Part shown: piece after piece, positions 28,565-37,725 of the stretch
Layout: each line of letters starts with the position of its first letter
How positions within the stretch are numbered: the stretch's first letter is position 1
Origin: a virus
Taxonomy: Duplodnaviria > Caudoviricetes
DNA length: 52,881 nucleotides
Virus record (IMG/VR): IMGVR_UViG_3300048575_000329
Span: 1-52,881 of that record
Strand: one strand, 5' to 3'
Position numbers and translations under genes: made by a program
The notes under the pieces: generated by a model
Seen by the model: only the letters and a program-made list of their open reading frames with translations
Told to the model about the DNA's origin: nothing
Databases searched by the model: none

Positions 28565-29128
28565 ATGCTTCGCCTGTCCAAGACCCTTCCCGCGCCGGCC
28601 CGGGCCGACTTCGGCGGCGGCGCCTTCGCCATGGTGCGCCCGGCGACGAGCGTCGACTACGAGCGGGCCCGCCAGCAGGCCGGCGCCATGGCCGCGGCCA
28701 TCGCCACGACCGACGAGGCGCTCGCCCTGTTCTCGCAGGTCTCCGGGCGCCCGCCGGCCGACGTCCCGACCACGGAGGACGTCATCGCCTCGGCGCACAG
28801 CCTGGCGCTGATGTTCCTCGCCGCCGAATGCATCACCGAGATCCGGGGCGTCGCCGTCGGCGACGAGGTGATGACCGCCCCGCTCACGCCTGACCAGACG
28901 GCGCTGCTCGTCCGCGACGTGCAGATCGCCACCGCGATCGAGGAGCGGATCTTCGCCCGCATCGCGCTGGAGGCGGACGAGGGAAACGGATCGCCGCCCT
29001 CGCGCGGTGGCGCGCCGGGGGCGGACGGAACTACTGCCGGGGATGCCGGGCATCGGACGAGCCTTGCGCCCGCGGGCTTCCCGGTCGCGATGGCGAGTGC
29101 TGCCCCGAGGTCCGACATCATCCACTGA
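28565..29128 (+). CDS. Tail assembly chaperone (gpG-like)
   Basis: Between tube and tape measure; contains G GGA AAC slippery site. Confidence 0.75.
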   Translation: MLRLSKTLPAPARADFGGGAFAMVRPATSVDYERARQQAGAMAAAIATTDEALALFSQVSGRPPADVPTTEDVIASAHSLALMFLAAECITEIRGVAVGDEVMTAPLTPDQTALLVRDVQIATAIEERIFARIALEADEGNGSPPSRGGAPGADGTTAGDAGHRTSLAPAGFPVAMASAAPRSDIIH

Positions 29129-29349
29129 CCCGCGAAGGCACCTGGACGGCCGATGTGATCGACCGCCCCGGCGTCTGGGCCCGCGCCGGCCTCGCCGGCA
29201 CCATCACGGGCCTTGCCATGGCGGAGGCCCTTGCCGGGCTCCCCGCGGCCCTTGATCGCGACCTGGTGGCAAAGCTGCTCGCACGGGCCGAGGTCTCCAT
29301 GGTCAGCGCCATGGTCGAGGCCGCGCCCGACGCGCCGCCGAAGACCTGA
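28981..29349 (+). CDS. Frameshifted tail chaperone extension (gpT-like, -1 frame)
   Basis: -1 frame is open from the slippery site through ORF 29155-29349. Confidence 0.75.
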   Translation, partial: GKRIAALARWRAGGGRNYCRGCRASDEPCARGLPGRDGECCPEVRHHPLTREGTWTADVIDRPGVWARAGLAGTITGLAMAEALAGLPAALDRDLVAKLLARAEVSMVSAMVEAAPDAPPKT

Positions 29350-29377
29350 CAGCCCCTTCAATCCCAGAGGTTCCGGC

Positions 29378-31831
29378 ATGACCGACAAACAGTCGGCCAT
29401 CGTGATCCGCTTCGCCGTCCAGGACGGACAGAAGGTCACGGAGGCGCTGAAGCGGCTCGAACAGGACGGCACGGCCTCGCTGAAAAAGCTGGGCGACGGC
29501 GGCCAGGCGCAGGCGCGCGGCTTTGTGCTGCTGCAGAGCGCCACCGACGAGCTGCGGAACCGCATGGCGGCCGCCGCCGGCGGTGCCGGCTCCTTCGGCA
29601 CGGTTCTGTCCGGCGGCTCGGCGAAGGCGCTCGCCTTCGGCGCGGCGCTCGGCATCGTCGTCGCCGGCATGAGGGCCTTCATCTCGTCGGCGCCGCAGCT
29701 CGTCGCCAATGCCGATGCCGCCGGCCTGTCGCTGGAGCGCTACCAGTCACTGCGCGCCGCCATCATCGATTCCGGCGGCAATGCCGAGCAGGCGAGCGGC
29801 GGCCTCCGGCAGTTCGCCGTGCAGATGCGCGCCGCGAACCTTTCGACCGGTGACCTCTACGAGGCGATCCGCAAAATCAACCCGGAATATGCCCGGCAGA
29901 TGGCGCTCTCGAAGGACCTTGGCGAGGCCCAGCGCATCGTCGTCAAGGCGATGGACGATGCGGCGCTCGCCTCCCAGAAGGCCGCCATCGGCAATGCCGC
30001 CTTCGGCGAGAGCTGGCGCTTCGTCGCCGCCGGCATCCGCCGCGACCAGGCCGGCCTCGTCTCGGCCGAGCGCATCATCTCGCCCGAACTGGTGCAGCGG
30101 GCGGCCGAGGTCTCGGCCAAGATCAACTCCATCGTGGATGCGATCAGCGTCCGGTTCGTCAGTGCCATGGGGCCCGCCGTCGAGCTTCTGAACCGGTTCT
30201 TGACCGACCTCGCGAAGGTCGAGGCGGGTGGCCCGGGTTATGAAACCGAGCGGTCGCAAGTGTTCGGCCACCGTCGCCGAATTCAGGCTGCACAGCTCTC
30301 GGGGACGGCGCTCCATCCAGTCGATCAGTCCTTCGTGGAAATGGAGCGAGTCACTGAACGGCGAGCTGCGGCGCAGAAGAAACTGGATGAGTTGAACCGC
30401 GACTATGTCCGGATCGAAGAGGAGTTCAACAACGCCTCCGCCCGGATCGGTCAGGCACGCAATCAGGGCGCGGGTTCGGCCGATCTGGGCACTCTGCAGC
30501 TTGTCCAGGCCGGTCTCCGCAATCGCAAGCTGGCAATTGGTGAGGAGCGAAAGCAGCTTCAGGAGGAGCTGGGGCGGCTTGCTGCTGAGGAAGATGGGAT
30601 CAGTCGGCGCTATCAGGAGCAGATGAGGCGCGGCAGCTCAGCGCCGACCCCTGCTCGCGAGGTGCCCGAGGTCACTGTCAGGCCCTCGGCGGCCGCTATC
30701 GCCGAAACGAAGCGTCAGGACGAGATCCGCGCGCTCACGAACGAGCTCGACTTCCTGAACAGGAAGACCGCGGCGATGGGGGAGGCCACGTCCGCCACGG
30801 ACAAGGCTCGCATCGCGGCCATCAACCTCCGGCTCGCCGAACTCGACAGCCAGAACGTCCAGAACCGCCGCCTGGCTCTCACCCAGCGCGACATCGACCT
30901 GACCCGGTCGGTGAACCAGACGCGGCTGGAGGCGGAGCGCGTGGCCGCCCGGACCGCGATGGGTGTCGCCACCGAGGAGGAGCGTCTCGCCCTCAAGCGC
31001 CGCGAACTCGACAACCAGCGGCGCCTCGGCATCATCAGCGAGACCGAATATGCGCGGGCGCTCGAGCTGTCGCGCCGTCAGCTGCGCGAGACGGTCCAGC
31101 AGGAGCAGGTGAGGGCGTCCTACACGCCCGGCCTGACCAAGATCCGCCAGGATGCGACGCGGGACCTGCGCCTCGACATCGACGAGGGCGCCACCCAGAG
31201 CGTCAACGAGTTCAACAACGCGCTCTTCCAGGTGGCGCGCGGCTACAAGGACGCTAAGACCGCCGCGCTCGACTTCGGCGCCTCCGTCATTGCGATGTTC
31301 GCGCAGATCCTCATCAAGCGGCAGATCCTCGGGCCGCTGGCCGGCGCGCTGTCTGACGGCATCGAGAGCTTCGCCAAGGGCATGTTCGTCTCCTCGGCCA
31401 TGGGCAATGTCGTGACCGCCGAGGGGCCTCTGTCGCTGTCGCGCTACGCTCTTGGCGGCATCCATCGCTCCTCCGGCGGCATTGCCCGCCGCCCGACCCT
31501 CTCGCTGTTCGGCGAGGGGCGGACACCGGAGGCCTATGTGCCGCTGCCCGACGGGCGGACCATTCCGGTGACGCTCGACCAGCGCGAGAGGGTCAACCCC
31601 GTCGCGCCGCTCTCGGCGCTCGGCGCGCCACCCGTGTCCATGACCACCAATGTCTCGATCGAGCCGCCTGCAGGCCACGAGGCGAAGATGGAGCGCCGCC
31701 AGAACGCCAGTGGCGGCGAGGACCTCAAAATTGCCTTCCGCGACGGCGTCCGGAGCGTCGTGACCGAGGACCTCCGCGAGTCGGGCCCGATGGCGGACGC
31801 CCTCAAGATGAGGGGCCGGAGCTTCCGGTGA
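29378..31831 (+). CDS. Tail tape measure protein
   Basis: About 817 aa, Ala-rich helical; C-terminal YALGGI...FGEGRTPEAYVPL. Confidence 0.9.
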   Translation: MTDKQSAIVIRFAVQDGQKVTEALKRLEQDGTASLKKLGDGGQAQARGFVLLQSATDELRNRMAAAAGGAGSFGTVLSGGSAKALAFGAALGIVVAGMRAFISSAPQLVANADAAGLSLERYQSLRAAIIDSGGNAEQASGGLRQFAVQMRAANLSTGDLYEAIRKINPEYARQMALSKDLGEAQRIVVKAMDDAALASQKAAIGNAAFGESWRFVAAGIRRDQAGLVSAERIISPELVQRAAEVSAKINSIVDAISVRFVSAMGPAVELLNRFLTDLAKVEAGGPGYETERSQVFGHRRRIQAAQLSGTALHPVDQSFVEMERVTERRAAAQKKLDELNRDYVRIEEEFNNASARIGQARNQGAGSADLGTLQLVQAGLRNRKLAIGEERKQLQEELGRLAAEEDGISRRYQEQMRRGSSAPTPAREVPEVTVRPSAAAIAETKRQDEIRALTNELDFLNRKTAAMGEATSATDKARIAAINLRLAELDSQNVQNRRLALTQRDIDLTRSVNQTRLEAERVAARTAMGVATEEERLALKRRELDNQRRLGIISETEYARALELSRRQLRETVQQEQVRASYTPGLTKIRQDATRDLRLDIDEGATQSVNEFNNALFQVARGYKDAKTAALDFGASVIAMFAQILIKRQILGPLAGALSDGIESFAKGMFVSSAMGNVVTAEGPLSLSRYALGGIHRSSGGIARRPTLSLFGEGRTPEAYVPLPDGRTIPVTLDQRERVNPVAPLSALGAPPVSMTTNVSIEPPAGHEAKMERRQNASGGEDLKIAFRDGVRSVVTEDLRESGPMADALKMRGRSFR

Positions 31832-31852
31832 CATCACAGCAGCGAGACCACC

Positions 31853-32233
31853 ATGCCGCTTCCTGATCCCGGCACCTGGCCCGCGGGCATCGAATGGCGG
31901 CCGCGCCGCCAGTCCTTCTCCGAGAGCCCCCATGCGGCCGTCCGCGCCATCCGCATGGAGGCCGGCAACACGGCCCGCGAGGCGCTCGACGCCGACGAGG
32001 TGGTGCGGGTGCAGGTGCTCTGGCGCTTCACCCCGACCGAGTGGAGCGAGACCATGCGCCCGTTCTTCATCGACCACCGGGCCACCGGCTGGGTGGGCGA
32101 CTGGGTCGACGCGGGCGGGGCGACCCGCACCGGCCTGATCGTGGTCGACGGCGAAGCGCCCCGCGGCACCATTCGCGGCCGCTTCGTCGAGGTGACCGCG
32201 ACCCTCGAGATCATCCCGGACGAGGGCGCCTGA
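31853..32233 (+). CDS. Distal tail / minor tail protein
   Basis: Follows the tape measure; WP...IRMEAG pattern. Confidence 0.65.
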   Translation: MPLPDPGTWPAGIEWRPRRQSFSESPHAAVRAIRMEAGNTAREALDADEVVRVQVLWRFTPTEWSETMRPFFIDHRATGWVGDWVDAGGATRTGLIVVDGEAPRGTIRGRFVEVTATLEIIPDEGA

Positions 32234-32769
32234 TGAGCGACCCGACCTTCGACGAGGCCTGGGCCGAGGCCGCAGCCTCCAACCGTCGCAATGCCGGCCG
32301 GCTGGTGACCCTGGAGTTCCTCCACCCCGGCATCACCGCCGAGGACGTCATCGTGCCGGTGCGCGCCGTCGCCGCCAGGCGCGCCTACGACCTGCGCCTC
32401 GAGGACGATGCTCCGGTGAACGCCAGCGAGCTCGTCACCTTCGAGCCCCTCGGCTTCTCGTCCTCTATGCCGGTGCGCGCGGCGAACGGCGCCGTCACCT
32501 GCCGCATCTCGATCGCCAACATCGGCGGCCGCCTCTGGCCCTATATCGAAAAAGCCGTCGAGGTGCAGGCGGATGCGACCCTGATCCTCAGGCAATACTT
32601 CAAGAGCGATCCCGACACGATCGTCTTCGGCCCGGTCGTCTTCGTCGTCACCGGCGTGACCATGGCGAACGGCACGGTCGAGGGGGAGTGCTCCATCGAC
32701 ACCCATGCCGACGTCATGGTGCCGTCGCTGAAATACACCGCCGACCGCTTCAACAACCTCAATGGGTGA
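32233..32769 (+). CDS. DUF1833-like minor tail protein
   Basis: EAWAEAAAS..TLEFLHP, ISIANI, PSLKYT..RF. Confidence 0.75.
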   Translation: MSDPTFDEAWAEAAASNRRNAGRLVTLEFLHPGITAEDVIVPVRAVAARRAYDLRLEDDAPVNASELVTFEPLGFSSSMPVRAANGAVTCRISIANIGGRLWPYIEKAVEVQADATLILRQYFKSDPDTIVFGPVVFVVTGVTMANGTVEGECSIDTHADVMVPSLKYTADRFNNLNG

Positions 32770-33205
32770 GGGCTCCCGCGCGGCGATCCTCGCCGGCCTG
32801 ATCGGCAAGCCCTATCGCGACCGCGGCCGCGGCCCGGATGCCTTCGACTGCTGGGGCCTCGTCGCCCATGTCCGGCCGACGCTGTTCGGCGGGCCGGCGC
32901 TCCCGGATGCCGACATCGGCCCCGCCGAGGTGCGCAAGGTGGCGCGGGCGTTCGCCGACCCGCGCCATCGCGCCGGCTGGGCCGCTCTGCCCGTCCCGCG
33001 CCCCTTCGCCGCCCCCGACGGCGCCATCGTCATGATGGCCCGCGGCGACATTCCGCATCACGTCGGCCTCTGGCTGCAGCCCGAGGGCGCGATGCTCCAC
33101 TGCTGCTCCGCCCAGCGGGTCGTCATGGACCGGCCGGGCCATCTCGCCGCCGCCTACTGGCGGATCACCACCATCCTCGTTCCGGAGCCTGAAGCGGGTC
33201 CATGA
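32762..33205 (+). CDS. NlpC/P60 tail-associated peptidase
   Basis: IGKPY..GRGPDAFDCWGLV, HVGLW, MLHC. Confidence 0.9.
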   Translation: MGEGSRAAILAGLIGKPYRDRGRGPDAFDCWGLVAHVRPTLFGGPALPDADIGPAEVRKVARAFADPRHRAGWAALPVPRPFAAPDGAIVMMARGDIPHHVGLWLQPEGAMLHCCSAQRVVMDRPGHLAAAYWRITTILVPEPEAGP

Positions 33206-36200
33206 CCGTCCTCGCCGTCGCCCAGCCGATCGCCGTGCAGCATGTCGTCGCCCCGGGCGCGCTGGCGCGCCAGGCGCTGGCGCGCGCCGGCGAGAGCGTG
33301 GCGAAGTTCCTGAAGCGCCACCGCTGGCGCTTCGACCTCGACACCATCCTGGTCATCAATGGCCGGCCGGTGCTGCGGCGCGACGACGGCTGGAAGACCC
33401 GCCGGTTCGCGCCGGGCGACGTGGTGCGCTTCGTCTCGCGGCCCTTCGGCGGCCAGCAGGGCAAGCAGATCGGCGGTCTCATTGCGCTGATCGCGCTCAC
33501 CGTCTTCGCCAGCTGGGCGATCGGCCCGACGCTTGTCGGCTCGGCGCTGCTCGCGACCGTCACCAAGGCGGTGATCGTCGCCGGCGGCATGATGCTCTAC
33601 AACACGCTGGTCTATCCGAAGCCCGGCAACCGCAGCGACGAGGACAACCTCTATTCGTTCAATGCCGCGGGCAACACGGCCCGCCCGCTGGAGACCATTC
33701 CCGACGCCTATGGCCGCCTGCAGCGCGACCTCGACTACGCCGCGATCCCCTACAAGACCTATTCGGGCAACGTCGAGTATTTTCAGGGCCTCTTCATGAT
33801 CGGCGACGGCCGGTACGCGCACGAGGCGCTGCTGGTCGACGACATCGAATTCTGGACCGCCGAGGCCGCCGCAACCGACGGCACCGGCACCGGGCCGGGC
33901 GGCACCGTGCCGGACGGCTCGCTGTTCTGGACGGATGACGAGGGCGACCGCCCGACCTCGCCCGGCGTGCTCGACCCCTTCGAGGACATCCAGATCGAGT
34001 TCGTCGAGCCCGGCGAGCCGGTGACGCTGTTCCCGACCAATGTCCACCAGTCGCCGGACGTGAACGGTCTCGAATTCGATCATCCGGGCTCGGCCGGCGG
34101 CGGCTGGTCGCCGTGGTTCCCGGTCTGCAACCCGAACGACGTCACCAACCTGATCCACCTCGACATCGCGCTGCCGAACGGCTTCTCGCGCAACAACCAC
34201 GACACCTTCGCCGACTACACCGTCGAGATCCGCCCCATCGACGCGGCCGGCGCCGCCACCGGGGCTGCCGTCTCGACCACGCGCCGCTATTCCGGCCTGC
34301 ATCGCAAGCCGCACCGTTTCACGCACTCCTTCCCCCAGGCGGTGGCGCAGCGGTATGCCCTCAGGTTCCGGCGCGATGCCGAGCCGACGACCGGCGACAA
34401 CACCGACTTCTATGCGGCAGGCCTGCGCGCCGAGATCCCCGGCGAGACGGTGTTCCCGGAGGGGACCATGGTCGCCGTGCGCATCAAGGCGACGAAGCAG
34501 CTCTCGGACTATTCCTCGCGCCGCATCCGCTATCGCGGCACGCGCATCCTGCCGGTCTGGACCGGCTCGGCATGGGAAGAGCAGCCGACCCGCAACCCGA
34601 TCTGGGCCGCCATCAACCTGCGCAGCAATGCCGACTATGGCGGCAAGCTGCCGCTGGAGCGCTTCCAGCTCGACGAGTGGATCGCCGCCGCGGCGGCCGC
34701 CGATGCGCGCGGCGACTGCTTCGACCACGAGTTCAAGAACGCGGTGAAGGTGGGGGAGGCCGTCGACCTCGCCCTCGGCGCGGCGCGCAGCAAGCACCGC
34801 TGGTATGGCCACATCCTCGGCCTCGTCCGCGACGAGTGGCAGGCCTCACCCCGCATGCTGGTGACCGACCGCGAGATGGTCGCGGGCAGCTTCTCCCTGA
34901 CCGCGAACTTCCGCGACGAGAACGCCCCCGACGGCCTGATCGTCAATTACATCGACCAGGAGATCTGGCGGCCGGCACAGGTGGTGGTGCCCATTGGCTC
35001 CTCTCCGGTCAATCCGGTGACGGAGGAGCTGCGCGGCGTCACCAGCCGCGCCCATGCGACGCGCGAGGCGGTGTTCAAATGGAACGCCCAGGTGAAGCGG
35101 CGGATCGGCCCGAGCTTCACCATGCTGCTCGACGGCCACACCCTGAACTACGGTGACCACCTCGACATCCAGTCCCGCGCCCCGCAGGCCTGGGGCTCCG
35201 CCCATGCGGTCGTCGGGCTCTCCGGCAGCACCGTCAGGCTTCCTCGCGCCCCGCAATGGCCGGATGGCGTCACCATGTACGCCGCCATCCGCACCAAGAC
35301 CGGCGGCCTATTCGGCCCCTGCCGCGTGACGCAGGGGGCAACGCCGCGGCATCTCGTCTTCGACGACACGGACCTCGCCGCGATCGTCACAGCCACCGGC
35401 ATGACCCTCGCCGATGCGCTCGACCGGGCGGCAGACGCCGCGCCGCCCACGCTGGTGATGGGGGAGGCCTTTGACTTCCTGAAGCGGATGCAGGTGGTCT
35501 CGGTCGAGCCGCGCGGCGACAAGGCGCAGGTTGTCGGGTTCCTCGACGCCGAGGCCGTGCACGCGCCGGACGCGATCGAGGAGGCGCCGCGCCCGCCGAC
35601 CCTGACCTATCCCTCGCGCAACCTGCCGCGCGTCGTGAGCCTCGACGCCCGTCTGCGCCAGGTGCTCTTCGAAACACGGCTGGAAGCCTCCTGGCCCACG
35701 GCGCCCAACGCCACCCGCTATGTCCTTGAGGTGAAGTACGAGGAGGCGGCGGTCTGGGTGCCGGTCTATGACGGCCCGGTCAACGCCTGCGATGTCGTCG
35801 TCGACAACTACACCATGCAGGTGCGCGTGGTGCCCTTTGGTGACCGCGGTGCCGGCCATGCCTCGCCAGTCGTCGACCTGGCCGAACTGGACGTGACGGT
35901 ACCACCGGGAACGGTGGACTGGCAGGCCTTCGACAATGCGACCACGTTCGGCCTCACCGCCATGGCGGCGCAGCTGAAGGCGGCGCGGGACCTCGTCGAG
36001 CAGGTGACTGCCTCGCAGCAGGCGCTCGAGCAGGCGGTGCTCGACGGCGCCGCGGTTCAGGTGGAGAAGCTGAAATCGGTGAGGGGCTCTGCCCGGGCCG
36101 AGCTGTCGGACGTGCAGGTCGCGCTCGCCAGCGCCGATGCCGCGCTGACGGTGCGGATGGATACCGCCGAGAGCGCCATCGGTGCCAACACCGCGTCGAT

Positions 36201-36666
36201 TGGGGATTTGGAGACGACGAAGGTCGATGCGGCCGGCGCCACGGCTGCGGCACAGACGCTGCTCAACGCCACCTTCGGCGCGGGCTCGGCCAATGTGAAA
36301 TGGCGGCTTGCGGCGCTGGCAACGCCGGTCGGTTACGACGCCCTGTTCGAGGTCGAAGCCAGCGTCACGGGCGCCGGTGGAACCTTCAAGGCCAGCGGCT
36401 TCATGATCGCGGTGCTGACCGTCGGCGGCACGCAAATCAGCCAGATCGAGATGAAGGCGGACCGCATCCTGTTCCGGCGCCCCTCCGACAACGCGGTCGT
36501 ACTCGGCTGGGATGCCGTCAATGCGGTGCTGTCGATTTTCGGCGGGACGTTCGAGGCGGGTGTCGTCCGTTCCCAGGATGGTCGATTCATCATCGACCTG
36601 ATCAACAAGCTCCTCACGATCAAGGACGCGTCAGACAACATCGTCCTGCGTCTCGGGTACTACTGA
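33202..36666 (+). CDS. Central tail tip / host-specificity protein (gpJ-like)
   Basis: IPDAYGR, PTRNPIWA, FnIII-like region, coiled coil, C-terminal IEMKADRILF. Confidence 0.88.
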   Translation: MTVLAVAQPIAVQHVVAPGALARQALARAGESVAKFLKRHRWRFDLDTILVINGRPVLRRDDGWKTRRFAPGDVVRFVSRPFGGQQGKQIGGLIALIALTVFASWAIGPTLVGSALLATVTKAVIVAGGMMLYNTLVYPKPGNRSDEDNLYSFNAAGNTARPLETIPDAYGRLQRDLDYAAIPYKTYSGNVEYFQGLFMIGDGRYAHEALLVDDIEFWTAEAAATDGTGTGPGGTVPDGSLFWTDDEGDRPTSPGVLDPFEDIQIEFVEPGEPVTLFPTNVHQSPDVNGLEFDHPGSAGGGWSPWFPVCNPNDVTNLIHLDIALPNGFSRNNHDTFADYTVEIRPIDAAGAATGAAVSTTRRYSGLHRKPHRFTHSFPQAVAQRYALRFRRDAEPTTGDNTDFYAAGLRAEIPGETVFPEGTMVAVRIKATKQLSDYSSRRIRYRGTRILPVWTGSAWEEQPTRNPIWAAINLRSNADYGGKLPLERFQLDEWIAAAAAADARGDCFDHEFKNAVKVGEAVDLALGAARSKHRWYGHILGLVRDEWQASPRMLVTDREMVAGSFSLTANFRDENAPDGLIVNYIDQEIWRPAQVVVPIGSSPVNPVTEELRGVTSRAHATREAVFKWNAQVKRRIGPSFTMLLDGHTLNYGDHLDIQSRAPQAWGSAHAVVGLSGSTVRLPRAPQWPDGVTMYAAIRTKTGGLFGPCRVTQGATPRHLVFDDTDLAAIVTATGMTLADALDRAADAAPPTLVMGEAFDFLKRMQVVSVEPRGDKAQVVGFLDAEAVHAPDAIEEAPRPPTLTYPSRNLPRVVSLDARLRQVLFETRLEASWPTAPNATRYVLEVKYEEAAVWVPVYDGPVNACDVVVDNYTMQVRVVPFGDRGAGHASPVVDLAELDVTVPPGTVDWQAFDNATTFGLTAMAAQLKAARDLVEQVTASQQALEQAVLDGAAVQVEKLKSVRGSARAELSDVQVALASADAALTVRMDTAESAIGANTASIGDLETTKVDAAGATAAAQTLLNATFGAGSANVKWRLAALATPVGYDALFEVEASVTGAGGTFKASGFMIAVLTVGGTQISQIEMKADRILFRRPSDNAVVLGWDAVNAVLSIFGGTFEAGVVRSQDGRFIIDLINKLLTIKDASDNIVLRLGYY

Positions 36667-37652
36667 TGCCCGCGCCCGGCTTTCAGCTCGCTGATCTTGC
36701 CGGTACGCTTGGTCCAGGTTCGACGGACAGGCTCGGACGCGTCCTGTTCGAGGGCACGATTGCGGCAGGCGACAGCATTACCCTGCTCAATCTCAATTTC
36801 GACCTGACGAACAACACGACGATGAACGCCTCGACGGGCTTCATTTTCCTGACCGCATTCCCTTATCGCGTTTACAACAACGTCTCCGACACAGGGCTCC
36901 TCACGTGGAACAACACCACGAAGGTCCTGACTGCGGTGGGGGCGCCCCGCAGCATTATCGTGATTTCCTTCAGGAACACCGACCCACCCATCGGGGGCGT
37001 CGGGATGGTGATCAACAATTCCGCGGGCGATACGATCATCGACAACGTGCATCCCAATCTGGAGCTCGTGTCATCAGGCTCTCTGACCTCGTCTGGTATC
37101 TCCGACGTCAAGACGATGCCTGTGGAGGCTTCCCTCGGCGGCTCATTCACCATGCTAAGGTGGCCGATGGGCCAGGCGCTGGTGCGTGGGGGCGGGCGTC
37201 AGGTCGCACTCGATCTCGGCGGAACCATCGACTACCGCATCTATCGCATCAATCCCGTCTACTCGTGCATCGCCGGGGGGCCTCCGGGGCTGTGCCTTAC
37301 TCGCGGGTCGGACGGATTGGTGCTGTTCGACAGCAAGCGGACATACGGCCGCCTTAAGACGCTGATCCAGTTCGAGAATTACAGTTTCGATTTCGAGGGG
37401 GGGTCCGGAGGAAACTCCTACTGGTCTCACAACGCCATCCCGACGACGTCGTTCTTCAGGGTCGACACGCACTACGCCTCTGGCACACGAGTCCTTGCCA
37501 TAGCCAGGGTCACCACAACTCAGTGGACTTCATTCATCTTCGATCGAGTCGCCTACGGCCTCAGCGGCGCGTGGCAAACTTCTCTCGGCCTTGTGAGCGT
37601 CGGCACCTATCCCGGCGGTATCCTCCCGGTGACGCTCGTCGCTGACGCCTAG
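36666..37652 (+). CDS. Putative tail tip accessory protein
   Basis: TGATG-coupled to J; repeated G+.I.N..G..I.D / GL....DG.VLFDS motifs. Confidence 0.65.
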   Translation: MPAPGFQLADLAGTLGPGSTDRLGRVLFEGTIAAGDSITLLNLNFDLTNNTTMNASTGFIFLTAFPYRVYNNVSDTGLLTWNNTTKVLTAVGAPRSIIVISFRNTDPPIGGVGMVINNSAGDTIIDNVHPNLELVSSGSLTSSGISDVKTMPVEASLGGSFTMLRWPMGQALVRGGGRQVALDLGGTIDYRIYRINPVYSCIAGGPPGLCLTRGSDGLVLFDSKRTYGRLKTLIQFENYSFDFEGGSGGNSYWSHNAIPTTSFFRVDTHYASGTRVLAIARVTTTQWTSFIFDRVAYGLSGAWQTSLGLVSVGTYPGGILPVTLVADA

Positions 37653-37725
37653 AGGCGCCAGCCCGAACCCGACCCCCTCCTGCCCACATTGCCTGCCTCA
37701 CCCCTCCCCAAGGGAACGCCAGCCC

